Virus record (IMG/VR): IMGVR_UViG_3300028490_000007 | Coordinates: 1 to 64,000 of that record | Source: a virus | DNA: 64,000 bases | Strand: one strand, 5' to 3' | Shown here: one piece after another, positions 39,283-48,400 of the stretch | Position numbering within the stretch: position 1 is the stretch's first letter | Layout: every line of letters starts with the position of its first letter | Position numbers and translations under genes: made by a program | Notes under the pieces: model-generated | Told to the model about the DNA's origin: nothing | The model's input: only the letters and a program-made list of their open reading frames with translations | Database searches by the model: none

Positions 39283-39578
39283 TGGAAACACTAGACGTAG
39301 TAGTAGGTAACACGGTTGACTTTTTTGTGGACGTAGAGGGTATGACAGACTCCCCTACTGAGGCAAAGATTGAGATTTACAAAAACAAAGTATATGGTAT
39401 TGGACTAGAAGAAATAGTTGATACTTTCTTGCCATCTCTCATATCGGGGCAGACTATTCAGTTCTCCTTTGATACCGATGTGATGGCACCTATCCCCTCT
39501 GTGCTGTATGGGCGTTTTTTTGTTAACGATAATGGCAAGAAGATAAACGCCTATTTCAAGCTAAAATTTATATACTGA
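39282..39578 (+). CDS. hypothetical Ig/BppU-like small protein
   Basis: 98 aa, beta-rich. Confidence 0.5.
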   Translation: METLDVVVGNTVDFFVDVEGMTDSPTEAKIEIYKNKVYGIGLEEIVDTFLPSLISGQTIQFSFDTDVMAPIPSVLYGRFFVNDNGKKINAYFKLKFIY

Positions 39579-39639
39579 CTTTTGCACAAAGTTAAGGTAT
39601 AATTACAGTGTTATTAAACACACATAAAAGGAATACCCT

Positions 39640-40482
39640 ATGGCATTAAGAAAAAGAAGAATTGGATCGATTGACGGTCTTACAAACCTACTAGCTAGTA
39701 AGGTTGGCGTAGCAGCTATTATGGCTGCAAAAGCTGACGTTGAAGCTTCAAACAGTGTTTCTACAGTTGCATCATCTGCAGCAGTGAACGAAATTGTATT
39801 AGGTTTAACTAACCAAATCAACAACTTGTCTACAGGAATGAATGGACTTATTGATGATGCGGCTGACACAGGTAACACTGTAACTTGGTCTGTTGATAAG
39901 ATCAAAGGATACGTTGCATCTGTTGATGACTCTATTGTTGTCTCTGACATCTCTGAGAGAGATAATGTTTCTGACGTATACGACTCATTGATTGCATATG
40001 TAATTGATACTACTGGAGATACTTCTCTTGGTAATGAAGAAGGTACTGCTGCGGCATATATCTACATTGACGGTTCAGGTTGGGCTCTTTTACAGATCCT
40101 TGCACAGAACATTGACGTAACTCCATTCGTTAAGTATTCTGACATCGTTAACGATCTTACTACTGGTGGTACAATGGTTCCATTGTCTGCTGAGCAAGGT
40201 AAAGAACTTAAAAGTCTTGTTGACGCTGCGGCTGACTCAACTGAGATTGCTGTTGATAACGGACTTGTTATTACTGGTGACGGATTTGACTCTACATACA
40301 CTCCTGTTGGAGCTGTTATCGGAGGAACTGCAGAAGTTGAAGTATCGTCTGGCGTTTGGGACGTTGTTGATATTGTTGCAGGTGCAAATGGTAAAGCATG
40401 GCTTTTACTTCCAACTACAGCTAACGAGTACGATGGTAAAACTTGTCGTATCTCATACCTTAAGTCTTCTACTGAAGCATAA
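39640..40482 (+). CDS. virion fibre/whisker-like protein
   Basis: TWSVDKI and VNDLTTGG...PLSAEQGKELK phage fibre repeat motifs. Confidence 0.6.
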   Translation: MALRKRRIGSIDGLTNLLASKVGVAAIMAAKADVEASNSVSTVASSAAVNEIVLGLTNQINNLSTGMNGLIDDAADTGNTVTWSVDKIKGYVASVDDSIVVSDISERDNVSDVYDSLIAYVIDTTGDTSLGNEEGTAAAYIYIDGSGWALLQILAQNIDVTPFVKYSDIVNDLTTGGTMVPLSAEQGKELKSLVDAAADSTEIAVDNGLVITGDGFDSTYTPVGAVIGGTAEVEVSSGVWDVVDIVAGANGKAWLLLPTTANEYDGKTCRISYLKSSTEA

Positions 40483-40487
40483 TCTAC

Positions 40488-40510
40488 CAGGCAGGGGGCT
40501 TCCCTTGCCT
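40488..40510 (+). terminator. stem-loop after fibre gene
   Basis: AGGCAGGGG-GCTT-CCCTTGCCT inverted repeat; no immediate U tract. Confidence 0.4.
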
Positions 40511-40615
40511 ACCCTCCACATAAAACCACCCTTTTTACATTGTTTGTTTTTATTAAACTTTACGCTATAATACTGTTGTGGGCAAAACCAAATCAAAACA
40601 GAAAGGAATAATGTC

Positions 40616-42061
40616 ATGACATTTTTTCAAAAAGTAGCAAGCTTCGGACAAGCAGTTCAAGCAAGCGAGGACGTAGAAAGCATCGTAAAAGTTGCAGCAG
40701 AGAGTGATGTATCACGTAACGATCTTATTGTATTACACAACCTAACAGTAGGTAATGTATACACAGGTGAAGATATTGTAAAAGTTGCAGAGGACGAAGC
40801 AGATAGTATTCTACTTGTAGCTGTATCAGCATACGAGAAAGTAGCATCTGGAGAAATCGACGAAGCACAAGCTATCTCAATGGTAGAAGAAGCTGGTCTT
40901 GTAGCAGACGATCTTTATGACGTTGCAGGTCTTATTGACAAGCAAGCATCAGAAGCTGGCGTTGTTGCAGATCAAGATGTATGGGAAAAAGTAGCTGAAG
41001 CTCATGAGTTCCTTGTAGAAGCAGGACTAGATCCAGTAGCTTCAATGGAATTTGCTGAAACTTATTCTGCTGCAGAAGATGGAGAAGCTCAAGATAAAGT
41101 AGCTTCAGAATTTGACGGGCTAGACGAAGAGTCTTTTGACAAAATCGCAGAAGCTCATGAATTCCTTTCAGACATTGAAGGTGTTTCGCTTACTGATCTT
41201 ATGGATGAGTATGACAAAGAAGCAGGTTCTAAAGTTGACGCTGCAAAAAAAGCACTTAACTCTGTGAAAGACGATCTTTCAGGAGAAAAGTCTAAGCGTG
41301 TAGCTAAGTCAATGAAATCTGGTCTTTGGAATAAAAAATCTAAAGAAGATGTTGGAATGAAGTCATTCGGTGTCTATTCGCAGAAGAACCTTAAAGGTAA
41401 GCAGAAAGCTGTAGAAAACCGTAAGCATTTAGCACGTGGTGGAGCAGCAGTAGCAGCACTTGGTGCAACTGGTGCAGCGGCAGGCTCAATGAGTAAAGAA
41501 GCATCAGAAGCATTCCAAGCAGAAGATGCAGTATGGGAAAAAGTAGCTGAAGCTCATGAGTTCCTTGTAGAAGCAGGACTTGATCCAGTAAATTCAATGG
41601 AATTCGCTGAGACTTTCTCTGCAGCAGAAGATGAAGAGGCTCAAGATAAAGTAGCTTCAGAGTTTGATGGTCTTGATGAAGAGTCAATCGATAAGATTGC
41701 TGAAGCACATGAGTTCCTTTCAGACATCGAAGGTATTTCGCTTACTGACCTTATGGGTGAGATTGAGAAAGAAGCCGGTTCTAAAGTAGACGCTGTTAAA
41801 AAAGGTCTAAAGAGAGCTAAAGATGACTTTACTGGTGCAAATGCTAAAGCAGTTGATAAGTCAATGAAATCTGGTCTTTGGAATAAAAAATCTAAAGAAG
41901 CTGCAGGCGTTAAATCGTTTAAAGGCTACAGCAACAAGACACTTAAGGGTAAGCAGAAAGCTGTTCATACTCGTAAGAACTTAACTCGTGCAGGTGTTGT
42001 TGCCGGTGGTACTGCTGTTGCAGCAACTGGTGCAGACGCTACATTTAACGGTAGAGGGTAA
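40616..42061 (+). CDS. putative internal head polyprotein with many K-x-A sites and a 184-aa tandem duplication
   Basis: more than ten KVA/KIA/KEA/KQA motifs; alternating acidic and basic modules. Confidence 0.65.
   Translation: MTFFQKVASFGQAVQASEDVESIVKVAAESDVSRNDLIVLHNLTVGNVYTGEDIVKVAEDEADSILLVAVSAYEKVASGEIDEAQAISMVEEAGLVADDLYDVAGLIDKQASEAGVVADQDVWEKVAEAHEFLVEAGLDPVASMEFAETYSAAEDGEAQDKVASEFDGLDEESFDKIAEAHEFLSDIEGVSLTDLMDEYDKEAGSKVDAAKKALNSVKDDLSGEKSKRVAKSMKSGLWNKKSKEDVGMKSFGVYSQKNLKGKQKAVENRKHLARGGAAVAALGATGAAAGSMSKEASEAFQAEDAVWEKVAEAHEFLVEAGLDPVNSMEFAETFSAAEDEEAQDKVASEFDGLDEESIDKIAEAHEFLSDIEGISLTDLMGEIEKEAGSKVDAVKKGLKRAKDDFTGANAKAVDKSMKSGLWNKKSKEAAGVKSFKGYSNKTLKGKQKAVHTRKNLTRAGVVAGGTAVAATGADATFNGRG
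40979..42040 (+). repeat. intragenic tandem duplication, period 552 nt
   Basis: GTATGGGAAAAAGTAGCTGAAGCTCATGAGTTCCTTGTAGAAGCAGGACT at 40979 and 41531. Confidence 0.9.
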
Positions 42062-42084
42062 AACCTCTACTTAAGGAGTAGACC

Positions 42085-42333
42085 ATGAGCACTTATTCTT
42101 TTGCAAGAGATGCGATGTCTGGCAAGTCTGTCAGACAAGCTAAGAAACTTAGAAAAAGTCTAAAAGCAAGTGGTGCTAACGATGCAACAATGAAAGCAGC
42201 TTCTAAAAGCGTAAGGAAATCCAAAGCGGAAAGTACATACGTTAGAGGAACTGCTGCCGCTGGTGCAGGTGGAGCATACATTGCTACAAAAGACAAGAAA
42301 GACGACGATAGCTTTATCCCAAAAGACTATTGA
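42085..42333 (+). CDS. small basic protein, stand-alone version of the basic module of 40616-42061
   Basis: RDAMSGKSV...RKSLKASG...VRGTAAAGAGG versus KDDFTGANA...KSMKSG...TRAGVVAGG. Confidence 0.6.
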   Translation: MSTYSFARDAMSGKSVRQAKKLRKSLKASGANDATMKAASKSVRKSKAESTYVRGTAAAGAGGAYIATKDKKDDDSFIPKDY

Positions 42334-42394
42334 CTTTCACCCTCCCATCCAAGGATGCGAGGACTGAGGGCCCATGAAAAGACAAGGACATAGA

Positions 42395-43450
42395 ATGGAC
42401 TATAAAACACTAGCCATATCAATAGCATCAGCAGAAGACCCTTACGGTGAATTTGCAAAAGAAGCGTCGGATTTAGACGAAGTGCATAAGACAACTCTAG
42501 CAAGAGAAGTTAATAAGCAAATGTTTATAAGCAGACTAGACGGACGAGAAGGTGATGGACATATCGACTTCGACGTTATAGAACCTGAGTTGAAAGATAC
42601 TCATGTGACAAAAAGTGTAGGAGATCCAACTGTGGAAAAAGTAGCATCAGAACAGCCTAGCAAATCTCCTCTTGAGAAGAGAGCTATGGTTGAAGACTCT
42701 ATGTTTGTCGTTGCACCAAGACAGACTATTAAAGCAAAATCAACAACAGGTGGAAGTGCTAAAACTTTCAGAAAAATAGCAGAGCATATTATAGACGATG
42801 ACTTAGATAGAATTTCAGACAAAGAGAAACAAGCTTTTGATGAAACTAAAGTCAGAGCTGTAGCTTTATTGAATGATATGTTTGGTGCAGAGCTAGAAGG
42901 CATCACTAAGATGGCTGACGATGCCTCTGAGCTTAGATCCGTGATAGGTGCAGCCATTGGTAAGGGATTGAGTAATGTAGTCCCTGAGATAGTAGCTATA
43001 TCAAATGACGCAGAGAGTACGCTTCTTAAGGTGGCATCAGTTGATTTAGATGACACTAGAGCTAAGGCTGTCGATGCTTCACTTGACTATATGGTTAATC
43101 TGAACGAAGCAAAAGCATTGGTGAAACAAGCTTCCACACAACAAGAACTTGATAAGCTTGCATTCATCGCCCCATTGCTAGGGGGAATAGCTCGCTTGGG
43201 TTTTAATGTAGCCAAGGGTGCAGCCAAAGGTGGCCGTGCTCTTGGCAAGGGTGCGTGGGGGACAATGAAGCTACCTGGTAGAGTTACCGGTGCGACTAAG
43301 AACCTGCTCACTTTGAAAAACCCAGCTAAGGGTTGGAAGGATGGAGGGGGCTTAATGACAACATTAGGAACCACTGCTGTTCTTGGAGGGGCTGCTCTTA
43401 CAGCAGGTCCAACTATGGATAAATATCAAGAAATGACACAACGCATATAG
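42395..43450 (+). CDS. putative internal head/ejection protein with K-x-A sites
   Basis: KEAS, KVAS, KIAE, KMAD, KQAS, KLAF followed by a cationic Gly/Ala-rich amphipathic C-terminus. Confidence 0.6.
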   Translation: MDYKTLAISIASAEDPYGEFAKEASDLDEVHKTTLAREVNKQMFISRLDGREGDGHIDFDVIEPELKDTHVTKSVGDPTVEKVASEQPSKSPLEKRAMVEDSMFVVAPRQTIKAKSTTGGSAKTFRKIAEHIIDDDLDRISDKEKQAFDETKVRAVALLNDMFGAELEGITKMADDASELRSVIGAAIGKGLSNVVPEIVAISNDAESTLLKVASVDLDDTRAKAVDASLDYMVNLNEAKALVKQASTQQELDKLAFIAPLLGGIARLGFNVAKGAAKGGRALGKGAWGTMKLPGRVTGATKNLLTLKNPAKGWKDGGGLMTTLGTTAVLGGAALTAGPTMDKYQEMTQRI

Positions 43451-43475
43451 TGTCGTTAATTAAAGGGAACGCACT

Positions 43476-44726
43476 ATGAACATTGAACTTATAAAGTCAC
43501 GCTTTACTCCAGAGATGCTTGGAGCTATAAAAAACGAAGTTGATACTTTTGTGCAGGAGCGTTTCACTCTTGATGACTACACGATAAACAAACACCTTAT
43601 TGACACATTCTTCATTCAGCCAATCTTCTATTCCACCTTACTGAACTACTACACGATGTATGAACAGCGTTCCACATTGTCTTTGTCTGACATATATAGT
43701 GACGATGCAATCTCTCCAACAAAAAAGGATGCGTACTTCGCTTCTTTTGCTGCGGACATAGGGATTAATACCACAAACATGTCATCAGAGGATATGGTCT
43801 CTGCCATAGAGAATAGACTTACTGTGTCAGATACAAGAATTCACTCTGACATGATGAGAATTGTTAAACAATACGACAAGGCGATAGATGGTGCAACTGG
43901 TGTATTTTGGACGATGTTCAGAAACTCACCAGACCACATGTATTTTAGTCACAATAAGTTTGGTGCCGCAATGATGTACGAAGATCTAGTATCTGAGGTT
44001 GAGATTGTAGATATCATGAACCAACCTATTACCATGGGAGATATTGAGAAATACAGAACAATGTCTAATTCCGGTAGAGTTACTAACTTTATAGATATCT
44101 ATGTGGACACTCATACCTTTAAGGAACAGCTCGTAATAACTCTCGCTGACGGGGAGACAGACACATATGTTCTCCCTGCTAAAAAATGGAAGAAAATTGA
44201 AGTAAGCGAAGCGGACAAAAACAATATTAAATGTACAAATATGGAAGGTGGGTATATAGGATTTGCCTCACGGTCTATAACATTTGAAGCAAAAGGTCCA
44301 CTAAACACAGTGATTAACCTAGAAAGCTATCTTGATGATGTCGTAGTTGAAGATCAAGTCAAGTCAGACAATCCAACATATGACATTGAGTTTTTCGGAC
44401 TACTCCCAGTATATGTAGATATTAAACTTCAAAATCAGAACTCGATAGCCAGAGTAGCTTCATATCTTGGTACACCTTTAGATGGTAGCAAATGGACAAT
44501 GAAAGTGTCAGAGCTTTCGAGAGTATTACAGAAGAGTGGAAACTCTATAGTGGGCATGGATGCTGTAATCTGGATAAATCCTCTTATTAGTAAAAAGATA
44601 TCCATCTACAACAACAACTTGGCACTAAGCCCAAAGTCTATATTCTCGTGGATAGATATTGACAATACATGTATCAAGGCTTCCACAATTACTGATTTGG
44701 AGACAGGCGATGTTACAAGCCTATAA
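43476..44726 (+). CDS. putative baseplate wedge protein
   Basis: 416 aa; upstream of the tape measure; function from context. Confidence 0.4.
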   Translation: MNIELIKSRFTPEMLGAIKNEVDTFVQERFTLDDYTINKHLIDTFFIQPIFYSTLLNYYTMYEQRSTLSLSDIYSDDAISPTKKDAYFASFAADIGINTTNMSSEDMVSAIENRLTVSDTRIHSDMMRIVKQYDKAIDGATGVFWTMFRNSPDHMYFSHNKFGAAMMYEDLVSEVEIVDIMNQPITMGDIEKYRTMSNSGRVTNFIDIYVDTHTFKEQLVITLADGETDTYVLPAKKWKKIEVSEADKNNIKCTNMEGGYIGFASRSITFEAKGPLNTVINLESYLDDVVVEDQVKSDNPTYDIEFFGLLPVYVDIKLQNQNSIARVASYLGTPLDGSKWTMKVSELSRVLQKSGNSIVGMDAVIWINPLISKKISIYNNNLALSPKSIFSWIDIDNTCIKASTITDLETGDVTSL

Positions 44727-45432
44727 TTCACTTTATCCATATCAGTTTGAAGCGTTGAAAGATGATGAGTATATAATAGCTGCCACAAGCAGATTAGACT
44801 CACACAACTCCATAATAAATGCTAACATATTGTCGTCAAAAACAGGTGTTCTTATACTCCCATCAACGATACATGATATCGATGCAACCACTTTTGAATT
44901 TAGAGACGGTAAAGGTGAGCCTATCACGACAGAGATAGTTAAAATAAACTCTGGTAACGGGTGGGTAAATGTTGGACTTAGTGGACCAATACAGAACACA
45001 AATGACTTATACTTGGAAAAAGGTAAAGTGGTTTTTGTTCAATTCTTAACACCTGCAATCCTCTACAATAAAACGCTTACTGGAGACATATCTACAGACG
45101 GAGTTATGTTTTCAAAGACATATTACTCTAGGCTAGAGATGTTATATAACTTTAGACTTGGATGTCACTATTGTAAGGTTCCAGAGACCATAACAAGCAT
45201 AGACCTACTGACTGGAGATATTGAAACCAATGAGGGTTCTTTCCATACAGACTATCCTTTGTCTATATCTTATTTGGTTGGGGACACTGTTCCCATTGGC
45301 GAGTTTGTAGATAAGGCAGTCACTCTCACTCTCGAACCTCCATACGTTAAAGTTTCCATAAAAAAAGAGTATCATTACATAAAAAGAATATTCTCGTTCG
45401 ACTCTAATAAGATTATCGAACTCCTAGACTAA
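44710..45432 (+). CDS. putative baseplate protein
   Basis: start MLQAYN after GGAG; context only. Confidence 0.4.
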   Translation: MLQAYNSLYPYQFEALKDDEYIIAATSRLDSHNSIINANILSSKTGVLILPSTIHDIDATTFEFRDGKGEPITTEIVKINSGNGWVNVGLSGPIQNTNDLYLEKGKVVFVQFLTPAILYNKTLTGDISTDGVMFSKTYYSRLEMLYNFRLGCHYCKVPETITSIDLLTGDIETNEGSFHTDYPLSISYLVGDTVPIGEFVDKAVTLTLEPPYVKVSIKKEYHYIKRIFSFDSNKIIELLD

Positions 45433-45444
45433 CAAGGACACACT

Positions 45445-48400
45445 ATGATCGATCCGTATATCCAACAATCACAAGCAAGTATGTATATGAGCCCTTGGCA
45501 GGGTTTCACGTCTAGTCCAGGAATGATGTCTGGTGGACCACAAGGATATATGGGTACAGGCAGTATGTCTAACATGCAGAACCAATTTGGTGGTGGAGGC
45601 TCAGGTGTAGGATCTTCTGCATATGGAGCTATGTACGACAATCCATTTACAACAGCTTTTGCTATGCAGAGGACAAATGTACTGGCTAGACCAAAAGGGG
45701 CTCATTTTGCAGGGTTTCAAGCTCATGCAGACAATATTGCAATGGGTACTGGTGCGGCAATGACTGCAACAGGAATGGAAATGGGAGGAAGCCTTGCCGG
45801 AGGTGTAGCAGGTGCAGCAATGGGTTCAGCTATACTTCCTGGTATCGGAACACTTATTGGTGGTATAGCAGGTTCTATGCTTGGTGGGTCTGCCGGAGAA
45901 ATGGCAGGAGGTGCTTTTGCAAATAGAGCAGGTGCTCAAACAGAAGTTCATAGATCCCTTATGGGGTTAGCAAATCCAAGTAGCCCGTATGGTGGCGGTT
46001 TTGGTATGGGTAAAAAAGATACCAAAGATATTTTCCGTGGAATGGAGAAAATGGCAGGAGACGATCCGTACTTTGGAATGGGCGACATTAGTAGAATACT
46101 CGATGAGGGTATTAAATCAGGAAACATAAAAGGTGGCTCTGGTTCAGGAGATATAAAATCCAAACTAAAAGGTCTGAAAGAAACAGCTAAAAGTCTAGTT
46201 GAGATATTCGGTGATAGTGATATATCTGAGATAATGGATACATTGAGACGATTAAACGGAACAGGAATGTCTAACTCTCAGGCAGTTCAAACATCAAGAA
46301 CAATCGGAATGGCTGCTCGTGCTATGGGAATGAAAGAAGGGGATATGTTCAACCGTGTGTCTCAGGACTCACAAGCAAAAGCAGATGCAGGAATTATGAC
46401 AGAGGGAGATGCCTTAATTAATGACTCTACAAATCTTCTTGCATTTAAGTACAGTGGTGACTTGAAAGATAGATTTACAGGCAATGATGACTTCATTAAA
46501 AAGGCAGGAGCATCAATGAGTAAGTACACTAAATTACTAAGTGGTAATTCAGGTGCACACATGCTCGCAACTAAGAATGAGGCCAGTGAAGCGGCATTAA
46601 TGGCGATTGCGGAAGCAACAGCAAAAACTAATGTCGGAGGCAAAGAAGCCTTTACTAATCTGTCGAGAGAAGACCAGGTAAAAGAGCGTCAGAAGGCAAT
46701 GACACAAGTTATAAACCAACAAAAGAATGGAGTGGCTCTAACAGGAATGGTCGCAAGTCTTTCTGCAAACGGAACACTTGAGGAAAAAGATCGCTCCGAT
46801 ATCCTTCATGGTAACACGGTGGCTCTCACTAAAAGAATGAGTCCTGTCTCTACAGACTATACAACAGGTGACGACTATGTTAAGAACCAAGGAGACAGAC
46901 AAGCTAGGGTGATAAAAAAGGCATACAATGACACCATAGCTCAATACTACTCTGGAACTTCTGTCACAGAACAGGACAAATACGTGGCTGATGTACTTGA
47001 CCAAAAAGGTGAGGCACAATACAAGAGTGCTATAAATAAAGAGGTCCAAGGGGAACAGGCAAGTGCTATGAGTAAGTCTGGGTCTTTTGACTCAAGATGG
47101 CAAGCTATGTTGACTCAGATGTCATCAGCATGGGGTCAGTTTACAGAAGACATTGTAGGCAAAACAAAGATGGCTCTCACTGGAATGCAGACAGGGCCTG
47201 CTGCTAGTGCGGCAAGTATGTCAGCTACGGTTAATGTGGCCAACTCTTCTTCTATCGCACAAATGTATGATGACAAAGCAAGTCCTACATTCGACTCTGC
47301 TGATATGGTAACAACTGGAGATAGAGGCACTAGCATCTCAAATTCTTGGAGTTGGAGAAGTAATGAAGTAAATACGATGGTCAGAGGCATGGCACATCAG
47401 GCAGGTCTTGACAAGGGTAGTCTAGGTACTATGAATGTAGAAGAATTGTCAGCAATGACAAAGAGTGGCTTTGCAAGTGAGGCATCAAGAATAGAAGGGT
47501 TAAACGAGACAGACCAAAGCTTCAAGCCTGTCATAGAGGGAAGCAAATCTATGGCAGAGCTATCATCAGAGATGACAGAAATAGGGGGAGATGGATACAC
47601 TAAAAAACTTGAAGCATTCGCTACAAAAGTGAAAACATCAAACCTTAAAGGTGCAGACGGAATGAACACTGCCGTGACTGACATAAATAATGATGGAGCT
47701 GACATATTCAATACTGGTTCGGCAACAAGATATGGGCTGTCTGTATTGTCTAACGAGAGTGAGCAGAGCTTATTCGGATTAGACCTTCTTGGTGGAGATG
47801 CCAAGGCGAGAGGAAAGCAAACACAAACAGTAGATGATATGGTTCTGCTTAATAAGACTGGTCAGAAGCACAACATGGCTGTAAAGAATGCAATGAGTGT
47901 TGCTTCTAGTGTTGACTTTGAACAATTAAAGGCAGACATTGGAGATCTTGGTTCAAGAGACGGTGTAGCACAATACCTAGAAGAGTCTGGTGTTGGCAAA
48001 GATTTAGACAAGCAGTCCAAGGCTGTATTGTCTCAAGCTTTGAGAGCAGGTCATGGAGACAAGACAAAGACAAAAGAGGCATTCAGATATCAAGCCGGCA
48101 CTGCTAAAGAAACCATACGCTCAGGAACAAACTTTCATTCAACAATGAGAACCCTTGGGTTTAAGGTTGAAGGAAGTGTCTCTAAACAACAAATAGACAG
48201 ACTGGGTAAAGAGTTGGAGTTTGCAGGGACAAGAGCTGTACTTGACAAGACTGAAGAGGACACAAGCCCTATGGCTAGACGACTAAAAGGGTATCAGTCA
48301 ATAATTAGGGAACAGCAAGGGTTCGCTGATGACAAAGAGGGTAATGCAAAAGCACTAGAAATTATGCATGCCCAAGGAAGACAACTTCAAAGAACTTCTG

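Noticed and set aside
40979-42040. Diversity-generating retroelement TR/VR pair
   Set aside because: Both copies are in-frame within one ORF, differences are not restricted to adenines, and no reverse transcriptase is in the window
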